From Candidatus Marinacidobacterium sp. (GTDB lineage Bacteria; Acidobacteriota; Vicinamibacteria; Marinacidobacterales; Marinacidobacteraceae), in NCBI GenBank assembly GCA_965204755.1, contig OZ242011.1:3520001-3584000 (forward strand): 64,000 nucleotides of DNA. The letters are read 5' to 3'. The notes below the pieces were generated by a model. It ran no database searches. It was not told the origin of the DNA and saw only the letters and a program-made list of their open reading frames with translations. Of the stretch, positions 1 to 15,000 are shown one piece after another (the stretch's first letter is position 1; every line of letters begins with the position of its first letter). Made by a program: the position numbers and the translations under genes.

Positions 1-46
1 CGATTTCCCAAGGCGGCGGGAGGGAAGTGAAGGGCGCCGCTCCTTC

Positions 47-3000
47 GTGCAATGTCCCGGTAGAACGGGTCCGAGTTGGTTCAGGATATGGATAGCCGTT
101 ACGTTGGGAGTCACCGTCCTCGTCGGTTTCCCCGCAGTCTCGGGGGAAGCGGGGGCGACGCCCGCGGCGAACGAGAGAGAGCGGGCGACACCGACCGATC
201 CGCGGAACGCGGTGTTCGAGTCCTCCACCGGTGTCGGCGCGGCGAGGCAGGCGCCGTCCCTGTCCATCGACTCTCCGAGCGTGGACGAAGGAAGCGCCGG
301 TTCGGTGAGCCTGACCTTTACGGTTACGCTGAACCCGGCCGGCGCGGAGCAGGTCACGGTGGACTATGCGGACGCCGGAACGGGGACGGCGACGAGCGGC
401 GCGGACTACACGGCGCTGGTTTCGGGAACCCTGACATTCGCGCCGGGGGAGACCGCCAAGACGGTAAGCGCGTCGGTTACCGGGGACGCGGTCGACGAGC
501 CGGACGAAACCGTGGTGGTGTCGCTGAGCGGCGCGGTGAACGCGACCGTCGGTACGGCGTCGGGGACCGGGACGATCACCGACGACGACGCGCAGCCGAC
601 GGTTACGCTGGCGCTGTCGCGGACCTCCATCGCGGAGAGCGGGGCGACGAACAGCGCTGCGGTAACGGCGTCGCTGGATCACGCGTCGAGCGAGGAAACG
701 ACGATCACCGTGGCGGCGGCGGCCGGTACGGGCGCGGTGGCGTCCGACTTCTCACTGGGCGGCAACGCGAAGTTGACGATCGCGGCGGGGGCGACGAGCA
801 GCACGGGGACGGTAACGGTGACGGCGGTGGACAACAGCGAGGACGAGTCGGACAAGAGCGTTACCGTGTCGGGGACGGCGGTGAATTCCCAGGGGATCAC
901 GCAGCCGTCGAATGTGACGCTGACGGTCACGGACGACGACGGGGCGCCGTCGCTGTCCATCGGCTCGGCGAGCGTTACGGAGGGGAACGGCGCGACCGCG
1001 AACCTGACCTTCACGGTGTCGCTGGATGCGGCGAGCGGCAAGGAAGTTACCGTGGACTACGCCGACGCCGGTACGGGGACGGCGGCGAGCGGCGCGGATT
1101 ACACCGCGGTGAGCGCGGGAACGCTGACCTTTGCGGCGGGCGATACGAGCAAGACGATCACGGTGTCCGTAACGGGAGACGCGACGGACGAGCCGGACGA
1201 GACGGTGGTGGTGTCGCTGAGCGGCGCGGTGAACGCGACCATCGGGACGGCGTCGGGCACGGGGACGATCACGGACGACGACGCGGCGCCGACGGTGACG
1301 CTGTCGGTGGCGGACGCCTCGATCCCGGAGAACGGCGGGACGACGACGGTATCGGCGGTCCTGAGCCACGCTTCGAGCGCCGAGACCACGGTGACCATCA
1401 GCCCGGTCTCCGGCGGTTACACGGTGGGGGCGGACGCCGCGATCACCATCGCCGCCGGGGAGACGGCGAACGGCGCGGACACGGTCACGATCACGGCGGT
1501 GGACGACGAGGTGGCCGGGTCGGACCGGAGCGTAACGGTGACGGCCACGGCGACGAACGGGCAGGGGATCGGGTCGGTTACCGGGGCGAGCCTGACGCTC
1601 GAAGACGACGACGGGGAAGGCGGAGGCGGGGTCGGAGGCGCGTCCGGCTCCCAGGACTCGGGTCCGACGGTGTCCGTCGCTTCGGCGAGCGTTACCGAAG
1701 GGGACGGCGGTCAGACGGATTTGACTCTCACGGTCAGCCTGAGCGCGGCGAGCGACGATCCGGTTACCGTGGACTACGCCGACGCCGGAACGGGGACGGC
1801 GACGAGCGGCGCGGATTACACGGCGCTGACGGCGGGGACCCTGACCTTCACCGCGGGGGACACCAGCGAGACGATCACGGTGTCCGTAACGGGAGACGCG
1901 ACGGACGAGCCGGACGAGACGGTGGTGGTGTCGCTGAGCGGCGCGGTGAACGCGACGATCGGGACGGCGTCGGGGACCGGGACGATCACGGACGACGACG
2001 CGGCGCCGACGGTGACGCTGTCGGTGGCGGACGCCTCGATCCCGGAGAACGGCGGGACGACGACGGTATCGGCGGTCCTGAGCCACGCTTCGAGCGCCGA
2101 GACCACGGTGACGGTCAGGCCGGTTTCCGGCGGTTACACGGTGGGGACGGACGCGGCGATCACCATCGCCGCCGGGGAGACGGCGAACGGCGCGGACACG
2201 GTCACGATCACGGCGGTGGACGACGAGGTGGCCGAGTCGGACCGGAGCGTAACGGTGACGGCGACGGCGACGAACGGGCAGGGGATCGGGTCGGTTACCG
2301 GGGCGAGCCTGACGCTGGAAGACGACGACGGGGAAGGCGGAGGCGCGGTCGGAGGCGCGTCCGGTTCGCAGGACTCGGGTCCGACGGTGTCCGTTGCTCC
2401 GGCGAGCGTTACCGAAGGGGACGGCGGTCAGACGGATTTGACTCTCACGGTGAGCCTGAGCGCGGCGAGCGACGATCCGGTTACCGTGGACTACGCCGAC
2501 GCCGGAACGGGGACGGCGGCGAGCGGCGCGGATTACACGGCCCTGACGGCGGGGACCCTGACTTTCACCGCGGGTGACACGAGCAAGACGATCACGGTGT
2601 CGGTAACGGGAGACGCGACGGACGAGCCGGACGAGACGGTGGTGGTCACGCTGAGCGGCGCGGTGAACGCGACGATCGGGACGGCGTCGGGGACCGGGAC
2701 GATCACGGACGACGACGCGGCGCCGACGGTTACGCTGTCGGTGGCGGACGACTCGATCCCGGAGAACGGCGGGACGACGACGGTATCGGCGGTCCTGAGC
2801 CACGCTTCGAGCGCCGAGACCACGGTGACGGTCAGGCCGGTTTCCGGCGGTTACACGGTGGGGGCGGACGCCGCGATCACCATCGCGGCCGGGGAGACGG
2901 CGAACGGCGCGGACACGGTCACGATCACGGCGGTGGACGACGAGGTGGCCGGGTCGGACCGGAGCGTAACGGTGACGGCGACGGCGACCAACGGGCAGGG

Positions 3001-6000
3001 GGTCGGGTCGGTTACCGGGGCGAGCCTGACGCTGGAAGACGACGACGGGGAAGGCGGAGGCGGAGGCGCGTCCGGCTCACAGGACGACCTTCCGTCGCTC
3101 TCGATCGACAGCCCGCGAGGGCAGGAGCCGTCCACCGGCACTTCGGAGATGACCTTCACGGTGACTCTGAGCGCGGCGGCCGAGCAACAGGTTACCGTGA
3201 ACTACCGGGATCGCGGGACGCCGGCGAGCGCGACATCGGGGAGCGACTACCGGGCGCTGAGCCCCGGGACACTGACTTTCGCCGCAGGCGAGACGAGCAA
3301 GACCATCACGGTGACGATTCTGGCGGACCCCGACGATGCCGAGTATGCCGAGCAGATCCATGTAGTGTTGAGTGAGGCGGTGAACGCCACGATCGGAACG
3401 GCGGTGGGTGTAGGGCGGATCGCAGACTATCATGTACCGCCGTCGCTTTCGATCAGTGGGGGGAGCGTGACGGAGGGGGACAGCGGCGCGGCGAATTTGA
3501 TTTTCACGATTCGTTTGAGCGCGGCGAGTTCGAGAACTGTCCGTTTCACCTACTCGGACGCCGGAACGGGGACGGCGACTTCGGGTACGGATTACACGGC
3601 GCTGAGGTCGGGGGTCCTGACCTTCACGGCGGGAGAGACGACGAAGACCGTCACCATCTCGGTAACCGGCGATACCGAAGACGAGCCGAACGAGACCGTG
3701 GTGGTGTCGGGCAGCGCGAGCGGCACGAGTGTCGATGGGCGTTCGCTGCGGGCCACCGGGACGATCACGAATGACGACGGCCCATACTTGGGCATCGGCG
3801 CGTCGAGCGTGGAGGAGGGGGACAGCGGTTCGGCGAATTTGATCTTCACGGTGAGGATGACTCCGGCGAGTCGGGACCGGGTCACCGTGGGTTACGCGGA
3901 CGCGGGCACGGGGACGGCGACCTCGGGTACTGACTACACGCCGCTGAGTCCGGGGACCCTGACCTTCTCGGCGGGAGAGACGACGAAGACCATCACGGTA
4001 TCGGTTATCGGGGATATTGCACACGAGCCGGACGAGACCGTGGCGGTCACCTTGAGCGGAGCGGTGAATGCAGCGACCTACCCAGCGACATCGACGGGTA
4101 CGGGGACGATCACGAATGACGACGAACGGCCGTCGCTCTCGATCGATAGCCCGCGCGCGTTGGAGCCGGAAACCGGTGTAGCGGACCTGGTTTTCACCGT
4201 GAGTTTGAGTGCGGAGAGTGCAAGACAGATTACCGTGAACTACCGGACCAACCAGCTCAACACTTACACTAATGCAAGATCGGGGACCGACTTCCAGGCG
4301 CTGGGCCCCGGGACATTGACTTTCGCGCCAGGTCAGACGAGCAAGAAGATTACGGTAAAGGTTCTTCCGGACACGGTGGACGAGACCGATGAGAACGTGC
4401 GGATCCAACTGAGTAATGCCGTGAACGCGACGATCGGCAACGGGAGGGCCACCGGAGTGATTCGGGACCGGACTCCGGATGTATCGCTGGTGATCAGCGC
4501 GCCGAGTGTGGCGGAGGGAGATAGCGGTTCGGCGGACATGACCTTCACCGTCGGTCTGAGCGCGGCCAGCGAGAGGTACTTCCAAGTGGAGTACGCGGAC
4601 GCGGGAACGGGGACGGCGACGAGTGGCACGGACTACCGGACGCTGAGCCCGGGAACGCTGACCTTCTACGCGGGCGAAAGTACCAAGACGATCACGGTCT
4701 CGGTAACCGGGGACATCGCGGACGAGCCGAACGAGACCGTGGTGGTGCGGTTGAGCGGGGGCCCCGCCGATCGATGGATCGGGACGGCGACGGGTACGGG
4801 GACGATCACGAATGACGACCGCCCATACCTGGGCATCGGTTCGTCGAGCGTGGAGGAGGGGGACAGCGGTTCGGCGAATTTGATCTTCACGGTGAGGGTG
4901 ACTCCGGCGAGTCCGGACCGGGTCACCGTGGATTACGCGGACGCGGGCACGGGGACGGCGACCTCGGGTACGGACTACACGCCGCTGAGTCCGGGGACGC
5001 TGACCTTCCTGGCGGGAGAGACGACGAAGACCATCACGGTAACGGTTATCGGGGATATTGCACACGAGCCGGACGAGACCGTGGCGGTCACCTTGAGCGG
5101 AGCGGTGAACGCAGCGACCTACACAGCGACATCGACGGGTACGGGGACGATCACGAACGACGACGAACCGCCGTCACTATCGATCGATAGCCCGCGCGCG
5201 TGGGAGCCGGAAACCGGTGTAGCGGACCTGGTTTTCACCGTGAGTTTGAGTGCGGCGAGTACAAGACAGATTACCGTGAACTACCGGACCAATCAACTCA
5301 ACACTTACACCTATGCGACATCAGGGACCGATTTCCGGGCGCTGGGCCTCGGGACATTGACTTTCGCGCCGGGTCAGAGGAGCAAGAAGATTACGGTGAA
5401 GGTTCTTCCGGACACGGTGGACGAGGGCGATGAGAACGTGCGGATCCAACTGAGCAATGCCGTGAACGCGACGATCGGCAACGGGAGCGCCACCGGAGTG
5501 ATTCGGGACCGGACTCCGGATGTATCGCTGGTGATCAGCGCGCCGAGTGTGGCGGAGGGAGACAGCGGTTCGGCGGACATGACCTTCACCGTCGGTCTGA
5601 GCGCGGCCAGCGAGAGGTACTTCCAAGTGGAGTACGCGGACGCGGGAACGGGGACGGCGACGAGTGGCACGGACTACACGACGCTGAGCCCGGGAACGCT
5701 GACCTTCTACGCGGGCGACACGACCAAGACGATCACGGTCTCGGTAACCGGGGACACCGCGGACGAGCCGAACGAGACCGTGGTGGTGCGGTTGAGCGGG
5801 GGCCCCGCCGATCGATGGATCGGGACGGCGACGGGTACGGGGACGATCACGAATGACGACCGCCCATACCTGGGCATCGGTTCGGCGAGCGTGGAGGAGG
5901 GGGACGGCGGTTCGGCGAACTTGAACTTCACGGTGAGGATGACTCCGGCGAGTCCGGACCAGGTCACCGTGGATTACGCGGATGCGGGGACGGGGACGGC

Positions 6001-9000
6001 CACCTCCGGTACGGACTACACGGCGCTGAGTTCGGGGACCCTGACCTTCCCGGCGGGAGAGACGACGAAGACCATCACGGTATCGGTTACCGGGGATACT
6101 GCAAACGAGCCGGACGAGACGGTGGTGGTTACCTTGAGCGGGGCGGTGAATGCGTTGACCTACCCAGCGACATCGACGGGTACCGGGACGATTACGAACG
6201 ACGACGAACTACCGTCACTATCGATCAGCGGTGGGACTGTCAGCGAAGGAGACACGGGTTCGGCGAACCTGGTTTTCACGGTGAGTCTGGACGCGGCGAG
6301 CGGCAGGGAAGTCACCGTGAACTACGCCGACGCCGGCACGGGGACGGGGGCGAGCGGCACGGACTACGCGGCGCTGCCCCCCGGGACCCTGACCTTCGGA
6401 GCGGGAGACACGAGCAAGCAGGTGACGGTGCGCGTCAGGGGGGACTCGCTCGAGGAGGAGGACGAGACGGTCGTGGTGGAGATCAGTTCGGCGGTCAACG
6501 CGACGATCGGGACATCGACCGGTACCGGGACGATTACGAACGACGATGTTAAGACGGTGCGGCTGGTCGTGTCTCCGAGTTCGATAACGGAGAGTGGAGC
6601 GAGGAACAGCGCGACAGTAGCCGCCCAACTGAGCGAGTCGTCGACTGCGGAGACGACGGTCGTTGTGTCCGTAGCGGCCGGCGCGGGAGCGGTGTCGTCG
6701 GATTTCACCGTGAGCGGGAACAGGACGCTGACGATTCTGGCAGGTCACGCTGGCGGAACCCGGGCACTGACGATCACGGCGGTGGACAACACGACAGATG
6801 AACCGGACAAGACGATCACCGTATCCGGAACGGCGACCAACAGCGAGGGGATCGCAGGTCCGTCGGATGTGACGCTGACGATCACGGACGACGACGCCGA
6901 GCCATCGCTCTCCATCGGCTCGGCGACCGTTGCCGAGGGGAATACCGGCTCCGCGAACCTGACCTACACGGTTACCCTGAGTGCGGCCAGCGGCAAGCAG
7001 GTCACCGTGGACTACGAGGACGCGGGCACGGGCACGGCGACGAGCGGAACGGACTACACCGCGCTGCCCTCGGGGACGCTGACCTTCACCGCCGGGGACA
7101 CCAGCGAGACGATCACGGTGCCGGTCCGGGGTGACACCACGGACGAGCCGGACGAGACGGTGGTGGTCACGCTGAGCGGCGCGGTGAACGCGACGATCGG
7201 CACGGCGTCGGAGACGGGGACGATCACGGACGACGACGCGACGCCGAAGGTGACGCTGGCGCTGTCGCGAGCCGCTGTCGCAGAGAGCGGGACGACGAAC
7301 TCGACGAGCGTGACGGCCTCCCTGAACCACCCGTCGAGCGAGCGGACGACGATCACGGTGTCCGCCGCGCCGGGGACGGGCGCCGCGGCCGCCGACTACC
7401 GGCTGAGCACGCAGCGGACGCTGACCATCGCGGCCGGCGCGACGAGGAGCACGGGCACGGTGACGATCACCGCGGTGGACAACGCGACGGACGCGCCGAA
7501 CAAGAGCGTTACGGTGTCCGGCTCGGCCTCGAACTCGCAGGGCGTTACGAACCCTTCGAGCGTGACGCTGACGATCACGGACGACGACGCGGCGCCGACG
7601 GTCACCCTGGCGTTGTCGCGGTCCACCATCACGGAGAGCGGTGCGGCGAACTCCGCGACGGTTACGGCGACGCTGGACCGGCGGTCGAGCGAGCCGACGA
7701 CGGTCACGGTCGGGGCGGCGGCTTCGGGCGCGCACACCGTGGCCGGCGACTTCTCCCTGAGCAGGGACGCGAAGTTGACGATTGCGGCGGGGGCGACGAG
7801 CAGCACGGGGACGGTGACGATCACGGCCGTGGACAACACGGAGGACGAGGCGGACAAGAGCGTCACGGTGTCGGGGACGGCGGCGAACACGCAGGGGATC
7901 ACGCAGCCGTCGACGGTGACGCTGGCGATCACGGACGACGACGACGCGCCGTCGCTGTCGGTCGGCTCCGCGAGCGTTTCCGAGGGGGACAGCGGTTCGG
8001 CGAACCTGGTGTTCACCGTGATGTTGGACGCGGCGAGCGGCAAGGAGGTCACGGTGGACTACGCGGAGGGCACGGGCGGTACGGCGACGAGCGGGACGGA
8101 CTACACGGCGCCCGGTTCCGGGACCCTGACCTTCACGGCGGGGGACACCAGCGAGATGATCACGGTGTCGGTCCGGGGAGACACGACGGACGAGCCGGAC
8201 GAGACGGTGGTGATTACGCTGAGCGGGGCGGTGAACGCGACGATCGGCACGGCGTCGGGGACGGGGACGATCACGGACGACGACGCGACGCCGACAGTGA
8301 CGCTGACGCTGTCGCGGACCTCCATCGCGGAGAGCGGTGCGACGAACAGCACGACGGTTACGGCATCGTTGAACCGGGCGTCGAGCCAACAGACGACGAT
8401 CACCGTGGGGGCGGCGGCCGGTACGGGCGCGGTCGCCGGAGACTTCACGCTGAGCAGCAACGCGAAGTTGACGATCGCGGCGGGGACGACGAGCAGCACG
8501 GGGACGGTGACGATCACCGCGGTGGACAACAACGAGGACGAGGCGGACAAGAGCGTCACGGCGTCGGGGACGGCGGCGAACACGCAGGGAATCACGCAGC
8601 CTTCGGCGGTGACGCTGACGATCACGGACGACGACGATCCGCCCTCGCTCTCCATCGGTTCGGCGACCGTTGCCGAGGGGAACAGCGGCTCCGTGAACCT
8701 GACCTACACGGTTACCCTGGACGCGGCGAGCGGCAAGGAGGTGACCGTGGGCTACGCGGACGCAGGCACGGGCACGGCGACGAGCGGGACGGACTACACG
8801 GCGATCACCGCGGGGACGCTGACCTTCACGGCGGGGGACACCAGCGAGACGATCACGGTGTCGGTCCGGGGCGACCGGGCGGACGAGCCGGACGAGAGGG
8901 TGGTGGTGTCGCTGAGCGGCGCGGTGAACGCGACGATCGGGACGGCGGACGGGACGGGGACGATCACGGACGACGACGATGCGCCGACGGTGACTCTGTC

Positions 9001-12000
9001 GCTGTCGCCGGGCTCCATCGCGGAGAGCGGCTCGACGAACCGCAGCGCGGTTACGGCGTCGCTGGACCATCCGTCGAGTCAGCAGACCACCATCACGGTG
9101 GCCGCGACGGCGGGAACGGGCGCCGTGTCGGGGGATTTCACGCTGAGCAGCAACACGAAGTTGACGATCGCGGCGCTCGCGACGAGCAGCACGGGGACGG
9201 TGACGATCACGGCGGTGAACAACAGCGAGGACGAGGCGGACAAGAGCGTCACGGTGTCGGGGACGGCGGCGAATACGCAGGGGATCACGCAGCCGTCGGC
9301 GGTGACGCTGACGATCGCGGACGACGACGATCCGCCCTCGCTCTCCATCGGTTCGGCGACCGTTGCCGAGGGGAACAGCGGCTCCGTGAACCTGACCTAC
9401 ACGGTTACCCTGGACGCGGCGAGCGGCAAGGAGGTGACCGTGGGCTACGCGGACGCAGGCACGGGCACGGCGACGAGCGGGACGGACTACGCGGCGCTGA
9501 CGGCGGGGACGCTGACCTTCACGGCGGGGGATACGAGCGAGACCATCACGGTGTCGGTTACCGGCGACACGACCGACGAGCCGAACGAGACGGTGGTGGT
9601 CACGCTGAGCGGCGCGACGAACGCGACGATCGGGACGGCGTCGGGCACGGGGACGATCACCGACGACGACGCGACGCCGACGGTGACGCTGTCGCTGTCG
9701 CCCGCGAGCGTCGCGGAGAGCGGGACGACGAACTCGACGAGCGTGACGGCCTCCCTGAACCACCCGTCGAGCGAGCGGACGACGATCACGGTGTCCGCCG
9801 CGCCGGGGACGGGCGCCGCGGCCGCCGACTACCGGCTGAGCACGCAGCGGACGCTGACCATCGCGGCCGGCGCGACGAGGAGCACGGGCACGGTGACGAT
9901 CACCGCGGTGGACAACGCGACGGACGCGCCGAACAAGAGCGTTACGGTGTCCGGCTCGGCCTCGAACTCGCAGGGCGTTACGAACCCTTCGAGCGTGACG
10001 CTGACGATCACGGACGACGACGCGGCGCCGACGGTCACCCTGGCGTTGTCGCGGTCCACCATCACGGAGAGCGGTGCGGCGAACTCCGCGACGGTTACGG
10101 CGACGCTGGACCGGCGGTCGAGCGAGCCGACGACGGTCACGGTCGGGGCGGCGGCTTCGGGCGCGCACACCGTGGCCGGCGACTTCTCCCTGAGCAGGGA
10201 CGCGAAGTTGACGATTGCGGCGGGAGCGACGAGCAGCACGGGGACGGTGACGATCACGGCGGTGGACAACAACGACGACGAGCGGGACAAGAGCGTCACG
10301 GTGTCGGGAACGGCGGCGAACAGCCAAGGAGTGACGAATCCGTCGGCGCTGACGCTGACGATCACCGACGACGATGTCCCGTCGCTTTCGATCGATTCCC
10401 CGAGCGTGGGCGAGGGCGACAGCGGCGCGGCGACGCTGACCTTTACGGTGACCCTCGACCGGGAGAGTTGGCAGCAGGTGAGAGTGGCCTACGCCGAGGG
10501 CGCCGGGGGAACGGCGACTTCGGGGACGGACTACACGGCGCCCGGTTCCGGGACCCTGACCTTCACGGCGGGGGACACCAGCGAGACGATCACGGTGTCG
10601 GTCCGGAGCGACCGGACGGACGAGCCGGACGAGACGGTGGTGGTGGCGCTGAGCGGGGCGGTGAACGCGACCATCGGGACGGCTTCGGGCACGGGGACGA
10701 TCACCGACGACGACGCGGCGCCATCGCTGTCCATCGGCTCGGCGAGGGTGAACGAGGGGAACACCGGTTCGGCGAACCTGACCTTCACGGTGAGCCTGGA
10801 CGCGGCGAGCGGGAAGGAGGTGACGGTGGACTATGAGGACGCGGGCACGGGGACAGCGACGAGCGGCGCGGACTACGCGGCGCTGACGGCGGGGACGCTG
10901 ACCTTCACGGCGGGGGATACGAGCGATTCGATCACCGTGTCGGTCCGGGGGGACACTACGGACGAGCCGGACGAGACGGTGGTGGTCACCCTGAGCGGGC
11001 CGGCGAACGCGAGTGTCGGGACGGCGTCGGGTACGGGGACGATCACGGACGACGATGCAACGCCGACGGTGACGCTGGCGCTGTCGCGGACCTCCATCCC
11101 GGAGAGCGGGGCGACGAACTCCACGACGGTTACTGCGTCGTTGAACCGGGCGTCGAGCGAGCCGACGACGATCACGGTGGGGGCGGCGGCGGGCACGGGC
11201 GCGGTGGCGGGGGATTTCTCGCTGAGCAGCAACAAGGAGTTGACGATCGCGGCGGGAGCGACGGCCAGCTCGGGGACGGTGACGGTCACGGCGGTGGACA
11301 ACATGGCGGACGAGGCGGACAAGAGCGTCACGGTGTCGGGGACGGCGGCGAACAGCCAGGGGATCACGCAGCCGGCGAATGTGACGCTGACGATCACGGA
11401 CGACGACGCGGAGCCGTCGCTGTCCATCGGCTCGGTGAGCGTTACCGAGGGCGACAGCGGCCAAGCGAACCTGGTCTTCACGGTGTCGCTGAGCCCGGCG
11501 AGCGGGAAGCAGGTGACCGTGGACTACGCGGAGGGGACGGGCGGCACGGCGACGAGCGGTACGGACTACACGGCGCTGAGCGCGGGGACGCTGACCTTCA
11601 CGGCGGGGGACACCAGCGAGACGATCCCGGTTTCCGTTACCGGGGACACGACGGACGAGCCGGACGAGACGGTGGTGGTGTCGCTGAGCGGGGCGGTGAA
11701 CGCGACGATCGGGACGGCTGACGGGACGGGGACGATCACGGACGACGACGACGCGCCGACGGTGACGCTGTTGCTGTCGCCGAGTTCCATCGGGGAGAGC
11801 GGGGCGACGAACAGCACGACGGTGACGGCTTCGTTGAACCGGGCGTCGAGCCAACAGACGACCATCACCGTGGGGGCGGCGGCGGGCGCGGGCGCGGTGG
11901 CGGGGGACTTCACGCTGAGCAGCAACCCGGAGTTGACGATCGCGGCGGGCGCCACGAGAAGCACGGGGACGGTGACGGTCACGGCGGTGGACAACATGGA

Positions 12001-15000
12001 GGACGAGGCGGACAAGAGCGTCACGGTGTCGGGGACGGCGGCGAACAGCCAGGGGATCACGCAGCCTTCGGATGTGACGCTGACGATCACGGACGACGAC
12101 GCGACGCCGACGGTGACGCTGGCGCTCTCCCCGAGTTCCGTTGCGGAGAGCGGGGCGACGAACAGCACGACGGTTACTGCATCGCTGAACCGTCCCTCGA
12201 GTCAGCAGACGACGATCACGGTCGGAGCGGCGGCGGGCGCGGGCGCCGTGTCGGGTGACTTCACGCTGAGCAGCAACGCGAAGTTGACGATCGCGGCGGG
12301 GTCGACGAGCAGCACGGGGACGGTGACGGTTACGGCGGTGGACAACAACGAGGACGAGGCGGACAAGAGCGTCACGGTGTCGGGGACGGCGGCGAACAGC
12401 CAGGGGATCACGCAGCCTTCGGATGTGACGCTGACGATCACGGACGACGACGCGACGCCGACGGTGACGCTGTCGCTCTCCCCGAGTTCCGTTGCGGAGA
12501 GCGGGGCGACGAACAGCACGACGGTTGATGCATCGCTGAACCGTCCCTCGAGTCAGCAGACGACGATCACGGTCGGAGCGGCGGCGGGCGCGGGCGCCGT
12601 GTCGGGTGACTTCACGCTGAGCAGCAACGCGAAGTTGACGATCGCGGCGGGCGCGACGACCAGCACGGGGACGGTGACCGTTACGGCGGTGGACAACAGC
12701 GAGGACGAGGCGGACAAGAGCGTTACGGTTTCAGGGACGGCGGCGAACACCCAGGGGATCACGCAGCCTTCGGATGTGACGCTGACGATCACGGACGACG
12801 ACGATGCGCCGACGGTGACGCTGTTGCTGTCGCCGAGTTCCATCGCGGAGAGCGGGGCGACGAACAGCGCGACGGTTACCGCGTCCTTGGACCACGCGTC
12901 GAGCGAGCCGACGACGATCACGGTGGGGGCCGCGGCGGGAACGGGCGCGGTGTCGGGGGACTTCACGCTGAGCAGCGACCCCGAGTTGACGATTGCGGCG
13001 GGGGCGACGAGCAGCGCGGGGACGGTGACGATCACGGCGGTGGACAACACGGAGGACGAGGCGGACAAGAGCGTCACGGTGTCGGGTTCGGCGGCGAACT
13101 CGCAGGGGATCACGCAGCCTTCGAGCGTGACACTGACGATCACGGACGACGACGCGGAGCCGTCGCTGTCCATCGGCTCGGTGAGCGTTACCGAGGGCGA
13201 CAGCGGCCAAGCGAACCTGGTCTTCACGGTGTCGCTGAGCCCGGCGAGCGGGAAGCAGGTAACGGTGGACTACGCGGAGGGGACGGGCGGTACGGCGACG
13301 AGCGGTACGGACTACACGGCGCTGAGCGCGGGGACGCTGACCTTCACGGCGGGGGACACCAGCGAGACGATCCCGGTTTCCGTTACCGGGGACACGACGG
13401 ACGAGCCGGACGAGACGGTGGTGGTGTCGCTGAGCGGGGCGGTGAACGCGACGATCGGGACGGCGGACGGGACGGGGACGATCACGGACGACGACGATGC
13501 GCCGACGGTGACGCTGTTGCTGTCGCCGAGTTCCATCGGGGAGAGCGGTGCAACGAACAGCACGACGGTGACGGCTTCGTTGAACCGGGCGTCGAGCCAA
13601 CAGACGACCATCACCGTGGGGGCGGCGGCGGGAACGGGCGCGGTGTCGGGGGACTTCACGCTGAGCAGCGACCCCGAGTTGACGATTGCGGCGGGGGCGA
13701 CGAGCAGCGCGGGGACGGTGACGGTCACGGCGGTGGACAACACGGAGGACGAGGCGGACAAGAGCGTCACGGTGTCGGGGACGGCGGTGAACACGCAGGG
13801 GATCACGCAGCCTTCGAATGTGACGCTGACGATCACGGACGACGACGCGGAGCCGTCGCTGTCCATCGGCTCGGTGAGCGTTACCGAGGGCGACAGCGGC
13901 CAAGCGAACCTGGTCTTCACGGTGTCGCTGAGCCCGGCGAGCGGGAAGCAGGTAACGGTGGACTACGCGGAGGGTACGGGGGGCACGGGGACGAGCGGGA
14001 CGGACTACACGGCGCTGATGGCGGGGACGCTGACCTTCACGGCGGGTGACACCAGCGAGACGATCACGGTGTCGGTCCAGGGTGACACGACCGACGAGCC
14101 GAACGAGACGGTGGTGGTGTCGCTGAGCGGGGCGGTGAACGCGACGATCGGGACGGCGTCGGTGACGGGAACGATCACCGACGACGACGACGCACCGACG
14201 GTGACGCTGGCGCTGTCGCCGAGTTCCATCGGGGAGAGCGGGGCGACGAACAGCACGACGGTGACGGCTTCGTTGAACCGGGCGTCGAGCCAACAGACGA
14301 CCATCACCGTGGGGGCGGCGGCGGGCGCGGGCGCGGTGGCGGGGGACTTCTCGCTGAGCAGCAACCCGGAGTTGACGATCGCGGCGGGCGCCACGAGAAG
14401 CACGGGGACGGTTACGGTAACGGCGGTAGACAACACGGAGGACGAGGCGGACAAGAGCGTCACGGTGTCGGGGACGGCGACGAACACCCAAGGGATCACG
14501 CAGCCTTCGGATGTGACGCTGACGATCACGGACGACGACGCGGAGCCGTCGCTGTCCATCGGCTCGGTGAGCGTTACCGAGGGCGACAGCGGCCAAGCGA
14601 ACCTGGTCTTCACGGTGTCACTGAGCCCGGCGAGCGGGAAGCAGGTCACCGTGGACTACGCGGAGGGCGCGGGCGGTACGGCGACGAGCGGTACGGACTA
14701 CACGGCGCTGAGCGCGGGGACGCTGACCTTCACGGCGGGGGACACCAGCGAGACGATCCCGGTTTCCGTTACCGGGGACACGACGGACGAGCCGGACGAG
14801 ACGGTGGTGGTGTCGCTGAGCGGGGCGGCGAACGCGACGATCGGGACGGCGGACGGGACGGGGACGATCACGGACGACGACGATGCGCCGACGGTGACGC
14901 TGTTGCTGTCGCCGAGTTCCATCGGGGAGAGCGGTGCAACGAACAGCACGACGGTGACGGCTTCGTTGAACCGGGCGTCGAGCCAACAGACGACGATCAC

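Noticed and set aside
3782-6205. Diversity-generating retroelement template/variable repeat pair
   Set aside because: Mismatches between the 1041-bp copies are not adenine-specific, both copies are in-frame coding, and there is no reverse transcriptase in the window.
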